A stretch of DNA of 34,918 bases from Eubacteriales Family XIII. Incertae Sedis bacterium (GCA_031281765.1 JAITEX010000067.1:1-34918), one strand, 5' to 3'; numbered from the stretch's first letter, positions 8,425-17,021 are shown. Notes: generated by a model not told the origin, from the sequence alone. Made by a program: numbers and translations.

Positions 8425-8469
8425 AACCGAAGGCAACGCTACCAGTGGCAGTGCTTTCGGTTTTTTATT
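8425..8469 (+). terminator. Intrinsic terminator-like hairpin + T-tract inside the operon leader (or the aminopeptidase terminator)
   Basis: aaCCGAAGGCA-(16 nt)-TGCTTTCGGtt followed by TTTTTTATT. It sits between the consensus promoter at 8343 and the RBS/ATG at 8482. Confidence 0.6.
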
Positions 8470-8481
8470 GAGAAGGGAAAG

Positions 8482-9339
8482 ATGAGTTACAAAATCGCGT
8501 TTGCAAGTTCTGACGGAATACATATCGATCGCCATTTGGGCGAGGCTAAGACATTGACGATCCTGACAATAGGCGAGACAAAGAGCGTCACGACAGAAGT
8601 TTTGACAACGACGCTTGCGCCGGGCTCCGGAGGACGGGATGCTTCGCATCCCCATGCGCACGCGCACGTCAACCTTGCGCCCCTTTTAGATTGTGAATTT
8701 GTCGTGGCGCAGAAGATCGGACGCGAAATGTCCAAAGCGCTTTTGCGCAACAATATCTCCGCTATTGAACAGACGGGATCCATCGAGGAGGCGGCAACGG
8801 GCATCATCAAATTTAAGGAAACGCAGGAAAGGCGCCGGCATATAAGCAGGGATGACCTTGTCGTGGAAAAGGCGCACCCGCATGAATTGAATCAAATATC
8901 CGCCATCTATGTTCGGGCCCGCGTCAGGATGAACGAAAACGGCATCTACCAGTGGGATGAAAGATACCCGTTCGAAGAGATTACCCGGGCGGACATCAGT
9001 AATGGAAAGCTCTACATCCTCAAATTGAACGACAGGATCATCGGGGCGGCGACCCTTAACGATAGCTTGGAGTTCCCGGACGCGACGGAACTTGAGCAGG
9101 TTTATGTCATCCACCGGTTTTGCATCGACCCCGATTTTCAGAAGCGCGGCTTTGCCCGGCGCTTTCTCTTCTCCCTCTTTGAAATCGCACAAAGGGAGGG
9201 TATACATGAGATACACTTGGCCGTCGCGGAGCAGAACTTCATTGCGATAAGCTCATACCGGAAAGCCGGGTTTCGAAACCTTGAGCGCATGGATACAGGC
9301 GGGTTCGGCTATTTTCTGCATATGGCACGGAAGATATAG
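8482..9339 (+). CDS. Fusion protein: NifX/NifB-C-terminal-like (FeMo-cofactor-binding family) domain + GNAT N-acetyltransferase
   Basis: N-terminal ~115 aa (YKIAFASSDGIHIDRHLGEAKTLTI...VVAQKIGREMSKALLRNNISAIE) resembles the dinitrogenase FeMo-co biosynthesis (NifX/NafY/NifB-C) fold. The C-terminal ~160 aa has GNAT motif A (HRFCIDPDFQKRGFARRFL). One continuous ORF with RBS AGAAGGGAAAG. Confidence 0.8.
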   Translation: MSYKIAFASSDGIHIDRHLGEAKTLTILTIGETKSVTTEVLTTTLAPGSGGRDASHPHAHAHVNLAPLLDCEFVVAQKIGREMSKALLRNNISAIEQTGSIEEAATGIIKFKETQERRRHISRDDLVVEKAHPHELNQISAIYVRARVRMNENGIYQWDERYPFEEITRADISNGKLYILKLNDRIIGAATLNDSLEFPDATELEQVYVIHRFCIDPDFQKRGFARRFLFSLFEIAQREGIHEIHLAVAEQNFIAISSYRKAGFRNLERMDTGGFGYFLHMARKI

Positions 9340-9348
9340 GAGGGCTAC

Positions 9349-10047
9349 ATGGGAGAGAAATATTTTCGGTGGGATTATGTTCTGGATTATTTTCCGAAGC
9401 TGTTTGAAAAGCTTCCGGTCACCTTGTCCATCGTACTGATGGCGACTCTGTTCGGCAGCATTATCGCCGTATTCGTCGCCTTTATACGGCTTGAACGCAT
9501 ACCCGTCCTGAATCAGCTTTGCGTCGTATTTGTCTCCTTTATGCGCAGTACACCCATTATCGTGCAGATGTTTCTGCTTTTCTTCGGCTCTGTGATGATC
9601 TTCAACACTCTGTTCGGCATCAATATCATCACCTATAACAAAATCTGGTTTGTCTACGCAGCCTATGCGCTGAATCTGAGCGGGTTCATGGCCGAAATAT
9701 TCCGCGGCGCCATCCTCGGCGTCCCGAAAAAACAGATGGACGCAGCTATCTCTGTCGGCCATAACAGGCGTCAAGCGTATCTGCATATCATCATTCCGCA
9801 GGCGGCCGTCATCGCGTTGCCCACACTCGGTTATACGATTGTCGCGTTGCTGCAGGACTCAACGCTGGCTTTCACCTTCGGCATCATCGATGTCATCGGG
9901 GCAATCAACGGAGTGTCCGCCTCTACGGGCCACAAGCTCGAAGGCTACTTCGACGCCGCCTTTATGTTCGCTATACTCGCGATCCTCGTTGAGAAACTGT
10001 TCGGATTCTTGGAGAAAAAAACAACCCACCAGTCGAGAATCACATGA
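9349..10047 (+). CDS. Polar amino-acid ABC transporter permease (His/Glu/Gln/Arg/cystine-type)
   Basis: 232 aa, multi-TM, with an EAA-like loop (MAEIFRGAILGVPKKQMDAAISVG). RBS AGGAGGG 9 nt after the preceding stop. Confidence 0.9.
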   Translation: MGEKYFRWDYVLDYFPKLFEKLPVTLSIVLMATLFGSIIAVFVAFIRLERIPVLNQLCVVFVSFMRSTPIIVQMFLLFFGSVMIFNTLFGINIITYNKIWFVYAAYALNLSGFMAEIFRGAILGVPKKQMDAAISVGHNRRQAYLHIIIPQAAVIALPTLGYTIVALLQDSTLAFTFGIIDVIGAINGVSASTGHKLEGYFDAAFMFAILAILVEKLFGFLEKKTTHQSRIT

Positions 10048-10110
10048 CCGCAACCCGGAGTGTGTCTCAAATATATGAAGTTGCGTTTTATTGAAAGAAA
10101 GGAAAGTATC

Positions 10111-10944
10111 ATGAAAACGAAAATAACGAAAATTCTCATTGGCCTGCTGACGCTGAGTCTGTTGTTTGCTGTCGGCTGTTCAAAGTCGAACGACAAGGAC
10201 AGCGGCGAGGCAACCGACGGAGAAAAGACGAAGCTGATCGTCAGTTCGCAGCCGGGCGAGTACCCCCCGCTTATCTACGTGAATGAAAACGGGGAAAATG
10301 ACGGCATAGACTTCCGCATAATCAAGGCTTTGCAGGAGGAATTGCCACAGTACGAATTCGAAGTCGTTGCGCAGGATATGGCGACGACGCTGACCGCGCT
10401 CGATTCAGGAACAGTGGATGTGGGGCTCTGCATGTTCGAGTACAATGAACAGCGCGCCGAGAAATACGTCTACTCCGATGTCGGCTATATGGAATACGGT
10501 CAGTACATCGTCGTGCCGAAGGGCAATCCCCTCGGTATCAAGTCGCTCGACGATCTGGGCGGCAAACGCGTCAGCACCTACCCGTCATCCAATACCGCGT
10601 TTATTCTCGAGGATTATAACGCAAATCACCCGGACAACCAGATAGAGATCGTCTATGTGGCCGCAACGGACGCAATCCGCAAGGGCCTGCAAAGCGGAGA
10701 TACGGACGCGACGCTTTCGACCAAATGGGGCGTTGATCTGGAAGTTGCGCAGTTTGGCGACTATGAGGAGATTGCGGGCGAATCCATCTGGCCAGGCCAG
10801 GCCTATGTCCTCTTCCCGCGCACAAACGAAAACAAGCAAGTACAAGCGGACGTGAACGCCGCGCTCAAACGGCTTGTCGATTCCGGAGAAGCGCAGCGCA
10901 TCTACGACAACCTGCTTGAGGAATGGAAGGCGACCTTGAAATAG
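10111..10944 (+). CDS. Amino-acid ABC transporter substrate-binding lipoprotein (PBP type 3 family)
   Basis: Signal peptide with lipobox LLFAVGC. ATG at 10111 (MKTKITKIL) with RBS GAAAGGAAAG preferred over 10060. Periplasmic-binding-protein-like sequence. Confidence 0.85.
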   Translation: MKTKITKILIGLLTLSLLFAVGCSKSNDKDSGEATDGEKTKLIVSSQPGEYPPLIYVNENGENDGIDFRIIKALQEELPQYEFEVVAQDMATTLTALDSGTVDVGLCMFEYNEQRAEKYVYSDVGYMEYGQYIVVPKGNPLGIKSLDDLGGKRVSTYPSSNTAFILEDYNANHPDNQIEIVYVAATDAIRKGLQSGDTDATLSTKWGVDLEVAQFGDYEEIAGESIWPGQAYVLFPRTNENKQVQADVNAALKRLVDSGEAQRIYDNLLEEWKATLK

Positions 10945-10968
10945 GCGGAGCCGGAAAGCGAAGGGACT

Positions 10969-11682
10969 ATGTCAACCGTATTTGATTTTGATTTTTTTAT
11001 AGAATGCCTTAAGTCGGGCGCGGCGCGGATTCCGGTAAATCTTTACGTGGCCGCGGCGTCGGTATTCTTCGGAATGATATTCGGACTCATTATCGCGCTC
11101 ATACGGGTATTCCGGGTGCCGGTGCTGTCACCGATTTTCCGCTGGCTGGTCACCATACTAAAGGGCGTTCCTGTCATTCTTATGTTGCTCGTCTTCTATG
11201 TTCTCGCAGCGGATTACTTCAATTTAATTATGGAGTATTTCGGAATCGACTACACCTTTCGTCAGTTGAACAAGGCGATTATCGCTATAATCGCCTTGTC
11301 CGTCCTTTCATCCATAGGGCTTTCCGAGTCCTTCCGCGGCGCGCTCGCATCGGTGAAGAAGGGACAGTATGACGCGGCCTATTCCGTCTGGCTTACGAAG
11401 CGGCAGGCCCTCGTTTACGTCATTATACCGCAGGCCTTCCCTATCGCCGTACCGACGCTCTGCAATTATATTATCGGGATGATCAAGGCCGGCGCGCTCG
11501 CCGCTATGATTTCGGTTGTAGACATCATGAACGGCGCGCTCATCCCTGCCAACGCGAACTATCGATACCTCGAAGGGTACACGGCAGCCGCGTTGATTTA
11601 TTGGGTTGTTTGCGCGACGCTCGAAAAGGTATTGAATATCGCGGAAAAACGTTTCGCGAGCAAAGTAAGGGAGGTTGCTTAA
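10969..11682 (+). CDS. Polar amino-acid ABC transporter permease (second subunit)
   Basis: 237 aa, multi-TM, with an EAA-like loop (LSESFRGALASVKKGQYDAAYSV). Confidence 0.9.
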   Translation: MSTVFDFDFFIECLKSGAARIPVNLYVAAASVFFGMIFGLIIALIRVFRVPVLSPIFRWLVTILKGVPVILMLLVFYVLAADYFNLIMEYFGIDYTFRQLNKAIIAIIALSVLSSIGLSESFRGALASVKKGQYDAAYSVWLTKRQALVYVIIPQAFPIAVPTLCNYIIGMIKAGALAAMISVVDIMNGALIPANANYRYLEGYTAAALIYWVVCATLEKVLNIAEKRFASKVREVA

Positions 11683-12440
11683 TGATAGAGGTAAAGGGGC
11701 TGAAAAAGGCCTTTGGGCAAAACCAGGTACTCAAAGGGGTGGGCTTCCACGTCAATGAAGGGGATGTTATGACGCTGCTCGGCGTGAGCGGTTCGGGGAA
11801 AACGACGCTCATTCGTTGCCTGAATTATTTGGAGAGCCCCGACGAAGGGGTGATCCGCATCGATGACCGGACGGTGGACGCGCAGAAAATCACCAAGAAG
11901 GAAATCATCGAACTGCGGAAAAAGACCGCTATGGTTTTCCAGACCTACGACTTGTTCCTGAACCTGAACGCCCTGCAAAATGTTACGGAAGGGCTTATCC
12001 GGGGCGGCAAAATCCCGAAGCCGGACGCGGAGGATATTGCGCGTGATTTGCTTGAAAAAGTGGGGCTGTCCGCAAAATTGGAAAGCAAGCCCTATCAGCT
12101 TTCGGGCGGCGAACAGCAGCGTGTCGGGATAGCGCGCGCGCTCGCGCTCTGCCCTAAGGTCATCCTGTTTGACGAGCCGACTTCGGCGCTGGACCCGGAG
12201 GTGATCGGCGAGATATTGGATATTATCAAGGCGGTGGCGCGGAGCGGCGTTACCATGATTATCGTGACGCACGAGATGGAATTCGCGTTTAGCGTTTCCA
12301 ATAAGGTAGTCTTTATCGATCAGGGGGAAATCGTGGAGGAAGGGTCGCCGCGCGAGGTATTTCTGGAATCCAGTCAGGAACGCACGAAATCCTTCTTAGC
12401 CCGGTCGAATTTCCGGTTCCAACCGGAATATTATTTGTAA
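11682..12440 (+). CDS. Amino-acid ABC transporter ATP-binding protein
   Basis: Walker A GVSGSGKTT, signature LSGGEQQRVGIARAL, Walker B ILFDEPTSALD. The ATG at 11682 overlaps the permease stop (TAATG). The ORF-track start at 11601 is rejected. Confidence 0.92.
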   Translation: MIEVKGLKKAFGQNQVLKGVGFHVNEGDVMTLLGVSGSGKTTLIRCLNYLESPDEGVIRIDDRTVDAQKITKKEIIELRKKTAMVFQTYDLFLNLNALQNVTEGLIRGGKIPKPDAEDIARDLLEKVGLSAKLESKPYQLSGGEQQRVGIARALALCPKVILFDEPTSALDPEVIGEILDIIKAVARSGVTMIIVTHEMEFAFSVSNKVVFIDQGEIVEEGSPREVFLESSQERTKSFLARSNFRFQPEYYL

Positions 12441-12452
12441 AGGAGTAGCAAC

Positions 12453-13949
12453 ATGGGTACAATCAACATCGATGCCGGCACGGTCCCTATCCGGGAAACG
12501 CGGTTAGGCTCCATAACGGGGTATTATGGCGACCTGGAGGATCTGTCGACCAAGTCCTCCTGCGGGAATTTGAAGAACAGGGAACGCTGCTTCAGCCAAT
12601 GCAGCCTCTGCCTGAATATGTGTTCCATCGGGGAGTTCACCTCGCTGCGCGATGTGGCGGTCATCAACCACGCGCCCGCCGGGTGCAATGCGGGCTCCGC
12701 AGCCACCAAGGTGTTTGCCAAACAGATAGCGGAACGCATCGGCAAGGAGTATAATTCCGTGCTGGTCGGAACTGACCTCAATGAGAGTGACACCGTATTC
12801 GGCGCCACAGAATCGCTCCCGGACATCGTCCGACAGGTATATGAGAATTATCGTCCGAGCGCTATAGTAATCGCCTCCTCCTGCGTAAGCGGCGTCATAG
12901 GCGAGGACATCGAAAGCGTCACGAGCGAATTGGACAGACAATACGACATACCCATCTTCCCGATACAGTGTGAAGGCTTCCGCTCAAAGATTTGGCAGTC
13001 GGGCGCGGACATCGCCGACCACGCCTTTGTCAAATACATTGTCAAACCGCCGCAGGAGAAACGCAATGTAATCAATTTCAAGAACTTCTTTGAAAGCGAG
13101 CGTCAGCAGATCACGGAGATTTTTGCGGAGCTGGGTGTGACGCCCCAATTCCTCTATCTCAATTCCACGATTGAGGAGGTCGAACATCTTTCGGAATCCC
13201 TTGCGACGGTCAGCATCTGCGGCACGCTTGGCACCTATCTCGGCAACGCCCTCGAAGAACTTTACGGCGTACCTTATATCCGCAGCCTCAACCCGAACGG
13301 CATCACGGGATTCGAAAGCTGGCTTCGCGAGATAGGCAAAAAGATAGGGAAAAGCGCGGAGGTTGAGAACTATCTCACGCGTGAGAAGGCCAAGTATATC
13401 GATAAAATCGAGGAAGTGAAGGACGAACTGAAGGGGCTGACCGCCGTCATCGGCATGGGCCCCGGCTATGCTTTCGATGTGGGACGCGTTTTGCAGGAAT
13501 TGGGGCTTGAAATCATCTGGACGACTGCCTGGCACCTTGACTATCGTTACGACAACGGGGAAATGCCGACGTCCTTGCGCTATATGACGGAACACTCCGC
13601 AAATAATTTCGGCGTAAGCGTAGCGGATCAGCAGAATTTCGAGATAATGCATACGCTGAAGACGTTGAAGCCGGATGTCTATTTCTCGCGCCATCCGGGA
13701 ACCACGGTATGGGCGGTCAAACAAGGCATTGCATCCGTATTCGTCGCGGATGAGTATACGATATTCGGGTATCGCGGCACCTTGAATTTTGCCAATATGA
13801 TACTTGACGCGGTGCGCAACCGCAGTTTTGAACAGAACCTTGCCGCGCGGACGAAGCTGCCGTACACGGACTGGTGGTACGAGCAGAACAATCAGGCGAT
13901 GCTTTTGAATGAGGGCGAAACCAGACTGCGCGAGGCGGCGGCCCACTAG
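12453..13949 (+). CDS. Nitrogenase component-1 alpha-like subunit (NifD/NifE-like), paralog 1
   Basis: NHAPAGC, ASSCVSGVIGEDIESV and IQCEGFRSK parallel NifD HGPVGC, SECPIGLIGDDIESV and VRCEGFRG. VSICGTLGTY parallels the cofactor-Cys segment LVHCYRSMNY. RBS AAGGAG. Confidence 0.85.
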   Translation: MGTINIDAGTVPIRETRLGSITGYYGDLEDLSTKSSCGNLKNRERCFSQCSLCLNMCSIGEFTSLRDVAVINHAPAGCNAGSAATKVFAKQIAERIGKEYNSVLVGTDLNESDTVFGATESLPDIVRQVYENYRPSAIVIASSCVSGVIGEDIESVTSELDRQYDIPIFPIQCEGFRSKIWQSGADIADHAFVKYIVKPPQEKRNVINFKNFFESERQQITEIFAELGVTPQFLYLNSTIEEVEHLSESLATVSICGTLGTYLGNALEELYGVPYIRSLNPNGITGFESWLREIGKKIGKSAEVENYLTREKAKYIDKIEEVKDELKGLTAVIGMGPGYAFDVGRVLQELGLEIIWTTAWHLDYRYDNGEMPTSLRYMTEHSANNFGVSVADQQNFEIMHTLKTLKPDVYFSRHPGTTVWAVKQGIASVFVADEYTIFGYRGTLNFANMILDAVRNRSFEQNLAARTKLPYTDWWYEQNNQAMLLNEGETRLREAAAH

Positions 13950-13969
13950 CGGGGGAGGAAGAGGCAAAT

Positions 13970-15277
13970 ATGGCACAGATATTGGATCAACCGAGATATA
14001 AATGCGCTCTTGCGGCAATGCAGACCGTACACGCCATTCCGCGGGCCATACCCATCCTGCACGCGGGTCCGGGGTGCGGCACGAAACTGAACGACAATAC
14101 CGGCATCTCAGGGTATTATTCACCGAATATATTTCCGAGCACGAATATCGGCGAAAAGGAGGTGGTCTTCGGTGGCGAGGGCAAACTGCGAACCACCATC
14201 GAAAACGCGCTGAAAATAATTGACGCCGACCTCTTTGTTGTGCTGACCGGCTGCACGGCCGAGATCATAGGGGATGACGCCGAAGAAATCGTACACGAAT
14301 TTGCGGACGCGGGGAAGCGCGTCATCTACGTGAACACCCCCGGGTTCAAGGGGTCGAATTATCAAGGGCACGATTGGGTACTGACCGCCCTTTTCGAGCA
14401 GTATCTACCGCGCGAACGCGTCCCCGTAAACGCGAAGCAGGTGAACATATTCCCGGGGCCTCCGGTGCAGGATCCCTTTTGGCACGGCAACCTGAAGGAG
14501 CTGGAATCCCTGTTCCGCGAAATCGGCCTTGAGCCGAATATCATCTTCGGCTATGGCAACGGCGTTTCGGCCGTCGACCGCATACCGGCAGGCGCTTTCA
14601 ATATCCTCGTCTCGCCGTGGGTCGGCCTGGACAGCGTCAAGGTCCTCGAAAAGAAATACGGGACGCCGTACCTGCATTATCCCGTGCTGCCGATCGGCGC
14701 GACGGAGACGAGCAAGTTCCTCCGCGCCGTAGGGAAATTCACGAAGGTTGACGAGCTTCATGTCGAGCGCGTCATCGCCGAACATGAGAAGGAATATTAT
14801 TACTTTATCGAACGCTATTCGGATACCTTTCTCGAGCTGAGGATACTCTCCAAACGCTTCGTCGTCATATCCGACGCGCAGTACGCGATTGCCGCGACAA
14901 AGTTCCTCGTCAACGACCTCGGCTGGAACCCGGGCGGTACGCAGTTCGTTACGGACAACACGCCGGAGGAATACCGCGAAAGCGTCCGCTCCGAATTTGA
15001 AAAGCTCAATTACGGCATCAAGGCGTCGATGGAATTTTCGACAAACGGGTTTGAGATACAAAAGAAGATCAGGGAATCCGGATTTACCGCGCCGCCGATG
15101 ATCTTCGGCAGCAGTTGGGATAAGAGCTTCGCAAAGGAGATATATGCCCCCTTCCTGAACATCTCCTATCCTACGTATGACCGGCTCATCATCAACAGCG
15201 GCGTGGTCGGCTACGCCGGCGGCCTTAAGTTCCTGGAAGACATTTATACCACGGCGGTGCAGTCGCTTATTCTGTAA
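13970..15277 (+). CDS. Nitrogenase component-1 beta-like subunit (NifK/NifN-like), paralog 1
   Basis: YKCALAAM, HAGPGCG and LTGCTAEIIGDD parallel the three NifK P-cluster Cys motifs (ACQPLGA, HGSQGC, TTCMAEVIGDD). RBS GGGGGAGGAAGAGG. Confidence 0.85.
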   Translation: MAQILDQPRYKCALAAMQTVHAIPRAIPILHAGPGCGTKLNDNTGISGYYSPNIFPSTNIGEKEVVFGGEGKLRTTIENALKIIDADLFVVLTGCTAEIIGDDAEEIVHEFADAGKRVIYVNTPGFKGSNYQGHDWVLTALFEQYLPRERVPVNAKQVNIFPGPPVQDPFWHGNLKELESLFREIGLEPNIIFGYGNGVSAVDRIPAGAFNILVSPWVGLDSVKVLEKKYGTPYLHYPVLPIGATETSKFLRAVGKFTKVDELHVERVIAEHEKEYYYFIERYSDTFLELRILSKRFVVISDAQYAIAATKFLVNDLGWNPGGTQFVTDNTPEEYRESVRSEFEKLNYGIKASMEFSTNGFEIQKKIRESGFTAPPMIFGSSWDKSFAKEIYAPFLNISYPTYDRLIINSGVVGYAGGLKFLEDIYTTAVQSLIL

Positions 15278-15313
15278 AGTTTATCGGGCGTACGATAAGC
15301 GGCGCCGATCGGT

Positions 15314-15343
15314 TTGCGTGACGATGTCCGTATATAGTATAAT
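15314..15343 (+). promoter_or_regulatory. Candidate promoter of the TetR gene
   Basis: TTGCGT, 18-nt spacer, TATAAT (15338-15343), flanked by CGTATA(T)AG direct repeats. It lacks the AT-palindrome operator seen at the other cluster promoters. Confidence 0.4.
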
Positions 15344-15394
15344 GCGTATAAGAACGCGGTATAAATAACAGGCATGCCCGCGCGGGAGTACGCT

Positions 15395-15964
15395 ATGAGC
15401 AAAAAAGAGGAAATTATCGGGACGACCATCGATCTGTTCAAACGTGAAGGCTGTGAAAACGCGACGATACAGCGGATTTGCGAGGTCAACAAAATCACGA
15501 AAGGTACGTTCTATTATCATTTCAAGTCCAAGGGCGATCTTATCTATGCCTTCTTTGAATTGCAGGGCAACAGTATCCTGAGTATCTTCCCTCACATTGT
15601 AGCGGAGACCGACGACAGGAAGAAGATATGGATCGCCTACGAGTTTTGGCTCGATATGATGCTGCAGCTCGGGGAAAAATTGCTCCACGGCCTCTTTGTT
15701 TTCGAATATGAGAACGGTTTCGATTTCTTCTCGCCCTACCCGCGCATCCCCCGCGGCAACCTGCCCGACCCCTATAATATGATTATTGAACTTATCAAAA
15801 GCGCGCAGGCGTCCGGCGCTATTCGCAACAACGCGCCGCATGAACGCCTTATCATCACCCTGAACGCCATGATGACCACCATCCTGATGGATTGGTCCGC
15901 AGGCGGCCGCGACTACGATCCGAAAGAGGAAATACGCGCGGGGTTCGACGCTATTCTCAATTAA
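15395..15964 (+). CDS. TetR/AcrR-family transcriptional regulator
   Basis: N-terminal HTH: IIGTTIDLFKREGCENATIQRICEVNKITKGTFYYHFKSKGDL. ATG at 15395 with GGGAG RBS preferred over 15374. Confidence 0.88.
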   Translation: MSKKEEIIGTTIDLFKREGCENATIQRICEVNKITKGTFYYHFKSKGDLIYAFFELQGNSILSIFPHIVAETDDRKKIWIAYEFWLDMMLQLGEKLLHGLFVFEYENGFDFFSPYPRIPRGNLPDPYNMIIELIKSAQASGAIRNNAPHERLIITLNAMMTTILMDWSAGGRDYDPKEEIRAGFDAILN

Positions 15965-16000
15965 AGCGCATAGGCCGCTCACCTCTCTAATATCTACCGT

Positions 16001-16030
16001 TTGACAAGGATAGTTGGCATGTGGTATAAT
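16001..16030 (+). promoter_or_regulatory. Sigma-A promoter of the NifH-like gene (extended -10)
   Basis: TTGACA (16001-16006), 18-nt spacer, TGgTATAAT (16022-16030). Confidence 0.75.
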
Positions 16031-16031
16031 T

Positions 16032-16058
16032 ACATATATCATATATATGATATATATG
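16032..16058. promoter_or_regulatory. AT-palindrome operator, site B (two overlapping copies)
   Basis: ACATATATC-A-TATATATGA (16032-16050) overlaps CATATATAT-G-ATATATATG (16040-16058). Directly abuts the -10. Confidence 0.65.
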
Positions 16059-16085
16059 CAATATTCCATAAAGAAAGGGACAACT

Positions 16086-16976
16086 ATGGCGAAAAACGGC
16101 AAAGCGATCAAGCAGATTGCGATTTACGGCAAAGGGGGTATCGGCAAATCGACCACCACCTCGAACCTGAGCGCGGCATTGGCCGATCTCGGCTATAAGG
16201 TCATGCAATTCGGGTGTGACCCGAAAGCGGACTCCACGAATACCTTACGGGACGGTTCATATATTCCTACCGTGTTGGAACTATTGCGGGACCGGGGCAG
16301 CGTAAACGCCCACGACGCGATTTTTGTGGGATACAACGGCATATACTGCGTGGAGGCCGGCGGCCCGGCGCCCGGCGTGGGGTGCGCGGGGCGCGGTATC
16401 ATCACCGCGGTGCAATTGCTGAAAGAACAGGATATTTTCGAAGAACTCGATTTGGACTATGTGATCTACGACGTCCTCGGCGACGTTGTCTGCGGCGGCT
16501 TCGCGGTGCCCATCCGGGAGGGTATTGCGCAGCACGTCTTTACGGTTTCGTCCTCGGATTTTATGGCCATATACGCCGCCAACAATCTGTTCAAGGGCAT
16601 CCAGAAATATTCGAACTCGGGAGGCGCCCTCCTCGGCGGCATTATCGCGAACTCCGTTTCACCCGAATCCAATTATCAGCGATCCATTATCGACGATTTC
16701 GCCGCACGGACAAGCACGCAGATCATGCAATATATCCCCCGTTCCGTTACGGTGACCCAGAGCGAACTTTCGGGAAAGACGACCATAGAGGCCGCGCCGG
16801 ATTCCGCTCAGGCCAAGGTGTACCGCGAACTCGCGCGCCGCATCGACGAGCATGTCGACTCCAAGACGCCAACGCCTTTGGAACCTTCGCAATTGCGCGA
16901 CTGGGCCGCAGAATGGTCCGACCAGATACTCGCCATCGAAACCGGCGAGGTCCGCACGGAAGCGGCCAACATCTAA
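16086..16976 (+). CDS. NifH-like ATPase / Fe-protein (nitrogenase iron protein family)
   Basis: [18 protein letters not shown] (Walker A), GCDPKADST (switch I), and [4Fe-4S] Cys in [12 protein letters not shown] and [17 protein letters not shown] at 16086 with RBS AAAGGGA. Confidence 0.92.
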   Translation: MAKNGKAIKQIAIYGKGGIGKSTTTSNLSAALADLGYKVMQFGCDPKADSTNTLRDGSYIPTVLELLRDRGSVNAHDAIFVGYNGIYCVEAGGPAPGVGCAGRGIITAVQLLKEQDIFEELDLDYVIYDVLGDVVCGGFAVPIREGIAQHVFTVSSSDFMAIYAANNLFKGIQKYSNSGGALLGGIIANSVSPESNYQRSIIDDFAARTSTQIMQYIPRSVTVTQSELSGKTTIEAAPDSAQAKVYRELARRIDEHVDSKTPTPLEPSQLRDWAAEWSDQILAIETGEVRTEAANI

Positions 16977-17021
16977 GGAAACGCTGATTACCGGCATTTT
17001 TGCATGGCGCTGTGCAAGCGT

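Noticed and set aside
8372-8481. Known riboswitch class in the leader of the importer/NifDK-like-1 operon
   Set aside because: The leader is only ~100 nt, most of it operator plus terminator hairpin. I could not recognise S-box, T-box, SAM-II or other conserved cores by eye. It is kept only as a generic attenuation hypothesis.
12984-14123. 379-aa minus-strand ORF. Similar antisense ORFs: 15281-16111, 26807-27736, 14405-15061, 11679-12272, 7273-7980, 8059-8667, 161-703.
   Set aside because: All overlap strongly supported genes on the other strand and have no recognisable motifs. They are shadow ORFs.
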